From positions 165,237,741 to 165,301,740 of the forward strand of contig CM041465.1 of NCBI GenBank assembly GCA_023213395.1: a stretch of 64,000 nucleotides of DNA, read 5' to 3'. Numbering within the stretch: position 1 is the first letter of the stretch; each line of letters begins with the position of its first letter. Both the position numbers and the translations under genes were made by a program. Origin of the DNA: Cycas panzhihuaensis. Its lineage: Eukaryota > Plantae > Cycadophyta. The notes under the pieces were generated by a model. The model was given only the letters and a program-made list of their open reading frames with translations, ran no database searches and had not been told where the DNA came from. Positions 1 through 10,920 of the stretch are shown in pieces.

Positions 1-3000
1 CTCTAGTCTTAATATTGCAAGAAGATTTATTGATGAAGATTAAACTCTTATAAGTAAATGGAGATTCATAACTTGTAATAATCAAGCTACAAAATTATGT
101 TTCATAAAAGTATTATATTAAAAAGCTATAAACATTAGGTGCAAGATCTTATAGAACAATTTAATGCTTTTAACCTCTAACACATACAAAGGGACCATAA
201 TTAACTCACAAACTCTTTTGCTATCATGGCCTATTTATTTGAAGGAAACTAATATAGAGTGTAGACTCAATAAGTGATTGAGACCTTAACTAAAGCCTTA
301 TTCCTTGATAATGTAAATCATTAGAAAATCTTTGAAGACGACAAGCAAATTTTGTACTTCTTATTTAGAACTAAGGAGTTATAAGATATGGCCATGGAAG
401 AAAATATGACTAGTTAAATAGAGGATATTATAGAGGATTCCTCTCATAAAGGTATGATTAATTACAATTCAAATAAGATCCCTAAAGGTCTTGTTCTTTT
501 TAAAAACATGTTTAATCATTTTGACTTAGTTGTTTAAGGGGTGAATAAGAAAAATACCTTACTTAGGATGATGCAAAAATATATAGGCTATAATATTAGC
601 ATATACAAATAGTGAAGTTTCATTTGTATTGGGGGATGCTACATCGAGACTAAAGGTAAGTTATTTTACAACTTTATAAGGACTATCATGATGCTTTTGC
701 ATGTAGATGTGAAATTTTAAAAGTTTTAAGACTAGAAGTCATCTAATATTGTATACCCCTTTGAGCTGACACTAAACTTATAAAGCAAAAACAATGACTA
801 GTCAATCCAAAATTAAAGGAGTTGATATGGAGGGAAAATTTGAAATTACAAGAATAAGGCATTATTTATCTTGTTAGATTTTCTACTTGAGTAGCAAATC
901 CAATTCTAATAAGGAAGAAGAATGAGGATATTAGACTCTGTATTGATTTTTATAATCTATATAAGGAGTCCTTGAAAGATAATTACTTGTTACCTAGAAT
1001 GGAGTAGGTTCTTCAAATGATCTTTAGATTTGGGGTTATGTCTTTACTAGATAACTTCTTAGGGTATAATCAAATTGAGATTATGGTGGAAGATTAGTTG
1101 AAAAGAGTTTTTTCTACTATATAAGGAATCTTTGCATACAAAAGAATGTCATTAAAAGTGATAAATATTGGGGCTACTTTTTAGAGAGCTATGCATCAAG
1201 CGTTCAAGGATCCAATTGGTGTGATAATCATATATCTAGATGATATGATAGTCTTCTCCAAGGATGGAGATGATCATATTGATCATCTCATAAAAGTTTA
1301 CCAGCGATATAAAGAATTTGAAATTTCTCTCAACCCAAAGAGAACAATATTTAGAGTAATAATTAAAAAATTATTGGGTCATATTATGATAAAAAAAATG
1401 AACTTATATTGATCTAAATAGAGTTGAAGCTATTGAGGAAATGGCACCTCTATAGAATAGAAAAGCTTTATTATGGGATGAAAAGACTAATGAGGCTTTT
1501 ATTATAATCAAGAAGTGGATTATAAAATCTCTAGTATTGATTAGCCTGGAGTATAACAAAGATTTAATTATTCATGTTTATATGTCAAAAAGAGCATATG
1601 TTGCCATGCTTACTTTAAAATATGTAATAGGATAAGAAAATCTCTTATATTCTTGAGCAAGATATTAAAAGTCACTCAACTAAGATAGATTCAAGTGGAT
1701 AAGCATGTTTATGTCTTGGTTAAGGCCATAAAGGATTTTAAGTTATATATTATGCATAATCATACTAAGGCTTATGTACTATTTACCCTATTAAATATTA
1801 TGCTCAATCAAGTTAAGCCAACTAGAAGATAGGCCAAATGGTTAGCCAATGTTTTGGAACTTGATATGGATATTAATCTAGCTAAGCTAATTTATAGGTA
1901 AGGTTTATGCAAATTCTTAGCTATGGAACTTGAGGTTGATAAACATCAACCAGTTAAGGAGGAAGAAGTTCACAATAAGATAATTTGTGTAGAAGCCAAT
2001 ATTAATAATATATTTGATTCAGATATGTTCTTACAAAATATAATCTTTTATCTTCAAAATGTTTTTTTCCTAATCAACTTCAATAAGTGTGAAAAAAGGA
2101 GTTTAGAACTTAGATCAACTCCTTGTGTTCTCCTACAAGGCAACACATACAAGAGAGGGTATGATAGAACTCTTTTAAAATGTTTAAGGGTTTCCTAATC
2201 CTAGGAGGTACTTAAGGAATTTCATGCTAGTCTATATAGAGGTCATTTTATAATTTAAGCTACTCCACATAAACTTATCATAGCTAGACATTTTTGGTTC
2301 ATAATGTTTAAGGATGAATATAAAATAGTTAAAGTATGTTTATCATGCTAGAGGTTTACATGTAAATAGAAGCTCTCTATAATACCCATCCAACCTATTT
2401 ATATAAAGTAGCCTTTTGAGCAATGGGGATTATATTTCATTTATTCAATTAACCCAAATTCTAGTTTGGGGCATCAATTCATACTCACTGCAACTAATTA
2501 TTTTACGAGATGGCCAAAATTAATTGTAATAAAATATCTACTTTAGTATTATGAGGTGGCTAAAATTAATTGTAACTAAAATATCTACCTTACTAGTAGT
2601 AATTAACTTTTAGATCATGTTATCATGCCAAGGTTCAATGTTTTAATTAGACTTATGTTAGATAATGGATTCATGTTTATATTAGCTAAAATATTTGACT
2701 TCTATGAAAAATATCAAATCCAACTTATGCCATCCTTGAATTATTATCTCGAAGGTAATCGGCTAGTTAAATTAACTAATAAGACCTTGTTAAGGATTTT
2801 AAAGAGGATCATAAGATAAAATTAGAAAGATTGATATGATAAACTTCACTAGGCACTTTGGCCTAACCAAATAACTGGAAAAGAAACATCAAGGTACCAT
2901 CCAAGCCTATTGGTTTAGGGTAAATAAGTAAATTTTCCTTCTTATATAATTCTCATAGAATTAAAATTAGTTGAGATAGAGGATGAGGGACAATTGACCA

Positions 3001-3330
3001 TAGAAAAGAGAGCATATAATCTATTAGTCTTGGGAAAAAAATGATGAAGAAGTTGGAGACAAGCTATATCATCATCAATAGAAGGTGAACCAATATTTTA
3101 ATTAGATAACAACTTATTCTAAATGTTTGTAACTTGGAAATAAAGTCTTATTATAGGCAAAGGCTTGTGAGAGGGTAAGAGCACATAAAACATTTGATTA
3201 TTTATGGTTAGGTCCATTTGAAATCATTAAACAAATAAGAGATAATTCCTTCTAACTAAAAACTAATAAAGGAGAGTTTCTACTTTTTCTAGTTAGTGGG
3301 AGGTATCCAAAACCTTTTATTACTTCGTTT
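1..3330 (+). pseudogene. Decayed Ty3/Gypsy Tat-lineage pol (element T), domain order aRH-RT-RH-INT; 5' part lies outside the window
   Basis: Manual translation: 60-230 GDS*LVI..VQDLIEQFNAFNL*HIQRDHN*LTNSFA (additional RNase H); ~900-1400 RKKNEDIRLCIDF, GYNQI, IIYLDDMIVFS (RT); ~1540-1900 RNase H; ~2200-3320 integrase (PFEQWGL, HQFILTATNYFTRW, WLGPFEI). Many stops and frameshifts. Confidence 0.85.
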
Positions 3331-3358
3331 TCAATCACAAGAGTATTCTTATTGTATA

Positions 3359-3381
3359 ATATATATATATATATATATATA
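3359..3381. repeat. (TA)n microsatellite
   Basis: Direct reading. Confidence 0.9.
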
Positions 3382-3982
3382 ATATGTTAAATTATTTTTT
3401 GTACTTTGTATTAGAATTATAAAAAATAGGGAGGCCTATGTTATTACCCTAAATTATACCTTTCCTTTTATGATTTAAGTAACAAATTAATAGGGACAAA
3501 GACATGCTCGATAATCTAACATTTTTCATTTAATTAATATGTGAGATTTTTGATACATTTCTCTTGCACTAAATTACAAGCAAGACTATGTTTGTTATCT
3601 CATGTACTAGATGTTGACCATTTATAGGGTTTCCTACAAAATTCTTAAAATAAAATTATGAGAATAAAATTTAAGGCATTTCAAGGAGATTATGGGACAG
3701 GCCGGCATAAGTTTAATAACATCTTCAAAGAGCATTTTGATAAGGATAATCAAATAAATTATGAGATTTGCATAGCATGATCTAGTAGAGTTGATAAAGT
3801 CATTTTTAAATTCATGAATACCACAGAATGCTAAATTGTCTATTCAACCTTATAAGTGATTAAGTTTATAATATTCAAGCAATGTTATGATAAAAAGGGT
3901 TAAATTTTGGTTACGTATGATTGGAAAAGATGATTAAGGAACATATGCCAAAGGAATAATTCATTGGTTGGGCATATAATAT

Positions 3983-4601
3983 GGAAGGGAGGTAGTTATT
4001 AATCACGTCCTTTAATTTGGACTAATTATATAGTTATTATATTATTACACTTACAAGATCATTGGATTATCATAAATGGTGCACTTAATATCAATGGAAT
4101 CAAAGAATGTTTCATAATGATACAAGCTAATATCATGACCTTGAATCTATCATTTCCATAATAACTTACTTTTAAACTAGCACTTTAAAATATAATGAGT
4201 TTCTTAGTTTCTAAATTTATTATAATGGTTCTTCCCGTAAAATTTATAAAATGGAAGAAATTATAAGATATGAGACTTTTAGGATCCTAGATATTTTTTT
4301 AGGAATAATAGTAAAGTTTTTAGAAATTATCTATAGTGAATGAAGCTTTAAATGAATTATGATTTGTGAATAAAACTGTGTTTCTTGGATGCATTGTGCT
4401 TAGAAGTGTTGTGTGTTCTTATTTATTAAAATGTTCTTTTAAGCATAAATCCCTATGAAAATCTTGGTAGAGTTAATATGTATGTGAGTATTTAAAGTAC
4501 ATTCCATAGGCTTTAAATATTAAGATTGCAGATAGAATTAACCATTCCAATCTATAAGATTTCTAGTCTAGTTGGCCACTTTATGCTTATTTGATTATAA
4601 A
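3983..4601 (+). repeat. Possible PPT and start of the 3' LTR of element T, interrupted by Copia A; may continue ~33470-33843
   Basis: GGAAGGGAGGTAG purine tract at ~3983-3995 followed by T(A)TTAATC, downstream of the integrase; no partner LTR in the window. Confidence 0.35.
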
Positions 4602-4606
4602 TGAAT

Positions 4607-5123
4607 TATTAAAATATAATGACTCCTTTATATACTCTTGTGTAAAGTTAGTTACTTTACTTAAATAAATTGTAATTGTAACTTAAGTTATGACTTAATG
4701 TTGTACTTCCTAGTTGAGAGTCATCACCCCACTTTAGCCTCATAATTATCTAATGAGATTTATATAAAATAAGGCCTAATGAAGTGTGAATATGTGAATA
4801 CCAATCCACACTCACCATATTGTAATGTAATAGATATTAATCCCTCTATAAATTAAGGTCATGTCTACATTCATCTAGTTCTTAGAAAGATACAAGGTTG
4901 CATGTTTGGTGAGAGTTGAAACTTTGCCAAACTTCTTTATCAGTCATCAATTAATTTGATCTATTATTATTTTGGGTTAGAGCTAATTTCTAATCCTCCT
5001 TCATATATTATATTTATTTAAATGTGTTCATAATATATTTAACGAATTTATGTTTGTTAGATATAGAGAATAAAGATCTTAAAATTTATTTTCCAAGTGT
5101 TAGATTAATTCTAATTTCTGTCA
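4607..5123 (+). repeat. 5' LTR of Copia A
   Basis: Aligns end to end with 32950-33464 (roughly 85% by eye); T(A)TT...TCA ends. Confidence 0.93.
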
Positions 5124-5125
5124 TT

Positions 5126-5137
5126 TGGTATCAGAAT
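5126..5137 (+). promoter_or_regulatory. PBS (tRNAi-Met) of A
   Basis: TGGTATCAGAAT, 2 nt after the LTR; canonical plant form is TGGTATCAGAGC. Confidence 0.85.
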
Positions 5138-6479
5138 AAGGGTATTTAGTAAGGGTTTTTTCTACCTAGATGTAGGGTTTAAAAACTTATATTAGAGTAT
5201 AAATGCCAAAATTTCCAAGAAGTAATGGTAAATTTGAGATGAAATGACTCATTATAAAAATTTTGAGTGCTTACACTACATATTTTGAGGTAAAAAAGAA
5301 AAGATTATAGTAGATTTAATTTTGGTTAGCTTTTCGTCACTAATTTTAAAGGAAGATTAACTACCTTAAATTTAAATAGTCATAAATTTAGCTAAAAGTA
5401 TCTCAATAATATCTTTTCTTTTTTTGGTTCTATATATTTTTCTATCTACTTTTGAATAGAAGTGGTCTTAGGTTAATTAAAAGTTTGAGAAAAATATTAT
5501 CTATATTTTATCATGGGGTACTATTATAGTCTAAAAACCCTAGGAGTAAACCCCCCTTAAAAGGGTTATAACTTTTGATACATATATTAGAATTTGATTC
5601 CATAGAAACCTTTAGAATTATAATTCAAAGGTCATTATTTTAGGCTACATTTTATGCCTTTTAAAACTATTATTTATTATCTATTTAAAATTAAATTTAC
5701 TTCTTATATTTTGTAAGAATTTTTTATCATTTAAGAAGTAATTTTCACTCATTTTTAGTTAATGATATATGGTGTTTTATTGTTGTATGTGCCTTTCTTA
5801 TTCAAGAAAGGATTATTTTTTCACCTTTTAACTGTGGACTCTTACTTAATGAGTACTCTAAACCCTTACCTTTATCCTTTTATTATTTATTTACTACATT
5901 TTAAATTAAGTCTCCTATTTTAAAATCATTAAAAAGAAATTCATATTCTTGTCTTTAAATAATATCACTTTAAAAAGGAATTAAAATTTAGAATATTAAA
6001 TAAGATAATCTCTAAATTGAATTGTTTAAAATATTAATCCCACAAGGGGAACAATTAGAACCCCTAAGGTAATCACTCTAACACATATGAGTTGCATGCA
6101 TCTAGATAAGTGGGCTAGAGGGCAACTTGCTATAAGTTGTATCAAGTGATAGATTGAGGTATAAACCCTTTCTTTTGTTGTTTAAAGACTAGGCTAGACC
6201 TAAATAGGGTTAGCTCCTTAGTTTTAGTCCTTCACTATATCTATCATTTGGCTTAAATTGGGCATAAGTGGATTGATAGTATTAGGAGGATAATCGAGCC
6301 TTCTATACTCATGTACTGAGGTATATCGAGTTTAACTTACTCATGTATTGACATGTGTAAAGTCATTGAATTGCCATTTATGGGAAGGTGCCATTAGATA
6401 GAATAAAAACTGAAGGCTTCCTTAAAGATATTGAAACTTAACATTATAATTTAGTAGCTCACTAGGTAGATAATTTATA

Positions 6480-7495
6480 ATGGCAGCAAAAATACTAATT
6501 TTAAATACTATTAAACTATTTAGGAGTAATAACATTTTGGCTTGTAAGAAATGAGTAAATATCTTTTGATTATGAATGAGTTTTGGTCTTATATATCTGA
6601 AGATATAGGTAAACCTACTCCGATACTTGACCCAACCAACCTAAATAATGAGATCACTCCAAACCTTATTGGCCTTACTACTTTTAAAGCTAAAAATAAT
6701 GTAGCTCTATCCTTCCTTCACTTAGCTATGGAGGACAATATAGATTAAAATATTAAGATAATAGACATTTCTCATGAAGCTTGGAACATTATATGTTTCC
6801 TTTATAAGTAGAAAGATAACTTTAGAGTAATTATGTTAAAGTCATATTTATATACCATACCCTTTATTGGCTCCATTCCTTCACATTTAACTAAAGTTAA
6901 TGCCATTAAGAATCAACTTATCACTCTTGGAGCTCCTCCTTCTAATCATGACCTTATTTCTAGTGTTGTAAATGTCCTTCTAGCCATGTACAATAGTTTT
7001 ATCCTTAAATTATCAAATGACTTTACTGCCATAGACTTCAATAACCTAGAAGGATTACTACTAAAGGAAGAAGGTATCCTAAACCATTAAGAAACAATAT
7101 CTTCTTCTAACACTACTCTTACATTTATAGTTAGAAATTGAGGGAGGAATTAGTCTTAATAGTAACCACTTTCCCACTAGTTTGGTTCTATAAATTTAAA
7201 TGAACAACTATAGTAAACTAGAACTTAATAGAGAAGACAAAATATTACTTGCCTCTACTATGACAAACCTAGGCATATTATTAATGAGTGTAGAAAAAGG
7301 TAATCTAATCTACAAACCTTATAAAATAATCTTAGATAATAAGGAGGCATGAATTTATAATAGAATGTAGGCTGTGGTTAGGAAAATATACAATAAAAAA
7401 ACCAAAATCAACCTAGGAAAGAGTCTCAGAGTTGTAACATATATTTCTAGTAAGGAGGCCATGCGGCTGATATCTAGAACCTATTCTTTGTTACT
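6480..7495 (+). pseudogene. gag of Copia A (disrupted)
   Basis: ORFs 6551-6748 and 6833-7090 read as Copia gag (HLTKVNAIKNQL, LEGLLLKEE); decayed zinc knuckle CLYYDKPRHIINEC at ~7250. Confidence 0.85.
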
Positions 7496-7913
7496 CTTGA
7501 AAGGCGATGAAGGTTTATCTAATTTCAACCTAGCTTTGAGACTCATAGGAATTAATCACAAATGCTCTAAAGTATATTTTATTCATTAACTCATATTAAA
7601 AATCAAGTATATAATATAATGAAGAGATTACATGAAAGGCTCGTATATGAAACAAAAGAGGATATTACAAAGTACAATGAGAATACTAATATAGGATCAT
7701 GTAAGGTGATAATTAGCACCTTGCATGATTAAACTAAGTTATGAAATTTACATATGAGGATAGAATCAACCATAAACAACAAGCTTTATAATATTAAGTT
7801 GTGACTAAACCCATTTACACAAATGAAGCCCTTAAAGTATATACAACCATTACATTAATGAAATAAATGATCTATAAATGAATTAATGAAATACATCATT
7901 AATTCTTCTGTCA
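7496..7913 (-). repeat. 3' LTR of Copia B
   Basis: Homologous to 30400-30864, with a ~40-nt deletion near 7550. Confidence 0.85.
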
Positions 7914-7919
7914 CCTTTC

Positions 7920-9300
7920 CTTAATGAGGAGTTCATTAATTCTGACACTGAGGCTAAGCTGAAACCTTTTAAAATTTTCGTAAGAGAGTGCTTTTATAAA
8001 TATGTTTACAATCTTCTCTTTGGTAGGCTTGTAGGTCAAATCAATCTCACCATATGTACATGGTCCCTGATGAAGTGATGGTGAACCTCAATGCATTTAG
8101 TTCTAACATGAAGTATATGATTCTTTGATAGTTTAAGAATACTTTAATTATTAGAAAACAATGATGTAGCTTGTGTTTGACTAATATCAAACTCTTCAAG
8201 AATAATCTTAAGCTAGATAGCCTCAATAGCTACAGTAATGATAATTTTATACTCAACTTCAATTGACGATAGTGTGACATTAGGCTACTTTTTATAGGAC
8301 CATGAAATTGAAGTAGAACCTAGGTTAAAACATTAGTTTGAGGTTGATTTACAACTATCTTTATATGCAACCCATTCTACATTTATATAAATAATTAATA
8401 ACAGATTTTTCACATGATAATAATCAAGTCCAAATTGACTAGTACCTTGAATATATTTTAAGATCCTTATTACTACTTTATAATATAAAATTTTGGGTTA
8501 TGTCATTAACCTATATTAGATCCCAACAATATAGATAATATTATGTCATATATACATGAGGTAAATTAGATTCTCTATAAGTTGTCTATATAATGTTAGA
8601 TCTATAGGTTTTCCGTGCTCATCAATGCCCAATTTTAGACCTATCTCCATAGGAGTTGGTGATGGTTTACATCCATCCATCCTGTATTTTTGAAGAATTT
8701 CCTTTACATATTTTGATTATAAAAAGAAAATATGGCTTGGCTCTTGCCAGACTTCCATGATAAGAAAATAGTGGAACAACCTAAGGTTAGTCATCTTAAA
8801 GCTACTTTTTAGTTATCCTTAGAGATATGTAATCCACTCTTTGTCATTACCAATTATTAATAAATCATTGACATAAAGTATGATTTGAGTGATCAAAATA
8901 TTATGGATTTTGATATATAGATTTAAATATGAAGATGAGCAGATAAGTCTATTCTTCTGAAAATATTCATCAATCTTTGTATACTAAGCGTGAGGTGATT
9001 ATTTAAGGCTATATAATGCCTTTTTCAATTGGCAGGCTAGGTGTTCTTTTCCACAAACAATAAAGTTGGGAGGATAATTTATGTAGATTTCCTCTTATAA
9101 GTTGTCATTTAAGAAGGCACATGTTATATCCATATGGTATATAGGCTATTTAAATTGAGTTATGAGTGCTAAAATAAACTTGATAGTGGTCATGTTGGTA
9201 ACTGGTGCAAATATGCCATCATAGTCAATTCCTTCAATCTATTTGAAATCTTTTATAAATAAACAAACTTTATGTTATTAAATAGAACCATCTGTATGAA
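7920..9300 (-). pseudogene. RT and RNase H of Copia B (3' part)
   Basis: Minus strand reads KFHTDGSI, EGIDYDGIFAPV, MDITCAFLN, LYVNDLLIIG, SDNNKSILKLSKN, HVRTKCIEVHHHFIRDHV. Confidence 0.88.
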
Positions 9301-9305
9301 ATTTT

Positions 9306-9654
9306 GGTTGGGAATAATCCCAATGTCATTAAAAGATCTGTGTACTTAGGGCCTCTCAAAGCCACCTTTGAGGGTCCTTAGGGCACCTTAAGCCTCCCAA
9401 TAGTCACCAAGAGTTGACATCACTTTATTGAGGTATGTGTTTTATTTATTATTGTTAATTTTTTAATATATTTTGAATTTTATGTCAGCTAACATGTAAT
9501 TAGGGTGATGGTGCTTGCCGCCTCCCCAAAAATCTGTATTTAAAGGGTGGGAATACCTCCCTGGTGTTTTTTAACACCGCCAACTATCAGAAATCACTTA
9601 TTTTCTCAAAATGCTCACGATCTAAAGTCCTGCTCTACTCCTTTGAATCCATCA
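9306..9654 (+). repeat. 5' LTR of Copia C
   Basis: Direct repeat of 18729-19076. Confidence 0.95.
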
Positions 9655-10648
9655 TTTGATATCAGAGCTAAAAGGATATTGATATTTGCTTATAGTGATC
9701 TAACTTCTTATACATCTAGCAAAACACTTACATATAATTGCTAGTTAAGATCCTGGCAAGCTCACTTGTTCACTAGAGAAGACGGTTTAGAGTTTTATCC
9801 ATTGTACAAGACGTTCTCGCATTATGAAGTCAGCACTGCAAGCCTATCATAATTTATGAGGTTCTTCATGTGTTTTTTTTTCAAATATAAATATATACAT
9901 ATATTTTATTTATTTAGTGTACTTTCATGAATATATTTAAAAATCTAGTTTATTTTTTGCATTTGTGTAATCAGGCTAAACATAGATCCTCATTGAAATA
10001 CCTTTTTTTTAGCCAACCTATGGCGTTCTGTAGCTTCTCTCTCTCTCAGACTATTTTGTTACAAATCTCTTTAACTCCCTATGCTTTTCTGTTATTTTAG
10101 AGAAACTGGTGGCCTGAAAGCTTTCGTGTATCTCACCGCTATTCATGTTGGGCGTGTTGCTGCTTTGTATTTCATTTTATTATTTTTTCTTCTTCTTGAA
10201 TTTGTTTGAATTAAGCTCAACCCAAGCCATCTTCCACCTTGGTTGTTGGAGTAAGAATTTTTTTTCTTTAGGCACTAGCTCTGGGCCACAATAGTTTCTC
10301 CCACCTTGCTCTCTGGAGCTTCTACATTCTCTTACCTTTCTCCTCGACCTCAGTCTGAAGTGTCTTATTTTGGTCCTATAAAGCATTACCAAAATCACCC
10401 TACATCCTTTGTTCATCTTCCATTGGCAGTTAGAGTCGTTGCCAGGGAGCATCATTATCTGCCATAACTGTGGGAGTCGTTATTCTGACTCGACTTGCCA
10501 AACTTAGGTATACCATTACCCTCGAGCTTGTGGATTCTTCCTAAGGTGAATCCAAACACCTTAAGCTGGAGTTCCAACAAGAATTATACTCAAGCTCTAT
10601 CAATCATTAACTTCATTCGATCATCCTCTGACTACCAGTCCCGCTATC

Positions 10649-10744
10649 TCTCACTCCTCCCCCACACCTCAAGCACAATCCTGCACTCGGTTTGCTGCTC
10701 TTCACCATCCTCTTCTCATCCCATAGGAAACAAAACAAAGCCAT
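10649..10744 (-). pseudogene. Captured N-terminal fragment of a small plant CxxC zinc-ribbon protein (family often auto-annotated as methionyl-tRNA synthetase-like)
   Basis: MALFCFLWDEKRMVKSSKPSAGLCLRCGGGVR resembles the recalled family pattern M-x-CFCFL-x-D-x-RR-x-V-xx-SKPAAG-x-C-x-RCGGG; similarity stops after CGGG. Confidence 0.65.
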
Positions 10745-10812
10745 CCTTTGATACCAAACTCTATGCTCACTTTTCTCCTTAGATTCATTGAACACGGCAC
10801 ACCTGTTTCTCT

Positions 10813-10920
10813 CCACCCTTTATTTGTCCCCACAATAATAACATTATTTCCAGCAGCCATATATGTAATAATCCCATGACCTTTGGATGCATGTCATTCA
10901 AGTGTATCGACTGAGAATAT
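10813..10920 (-). pseudogene. VPS18: Captured N-terminal fragment of VPS18 (HOPS/CORVET subunit)
   Basis: IFSVDTLE*HASKGHGIITYMAAGNNVIIVGTNKGW versus the plant VPS18 N-terminus as recalled (VFSVDLLERYATKNRGMITCMAAGNDVIVLGTSKGW); the stop is TGA at the conserved Arg (CGA>TGA). Confidence 0.85.

Noticed and set aside
7486-7500. TSD for element B
   Set aside because: The right flank TCCAT has no clean match on the left; the boundary appears eroded, so no TSD is claimed
10270-10425. Minus-strand peptide GNAL*DQNKTLQTEVEEKGKRM*KLQRARWE resembling the end of a MADS K-domain
   Set aside because: Generic coiled-coil composition, two stops, too short to assign
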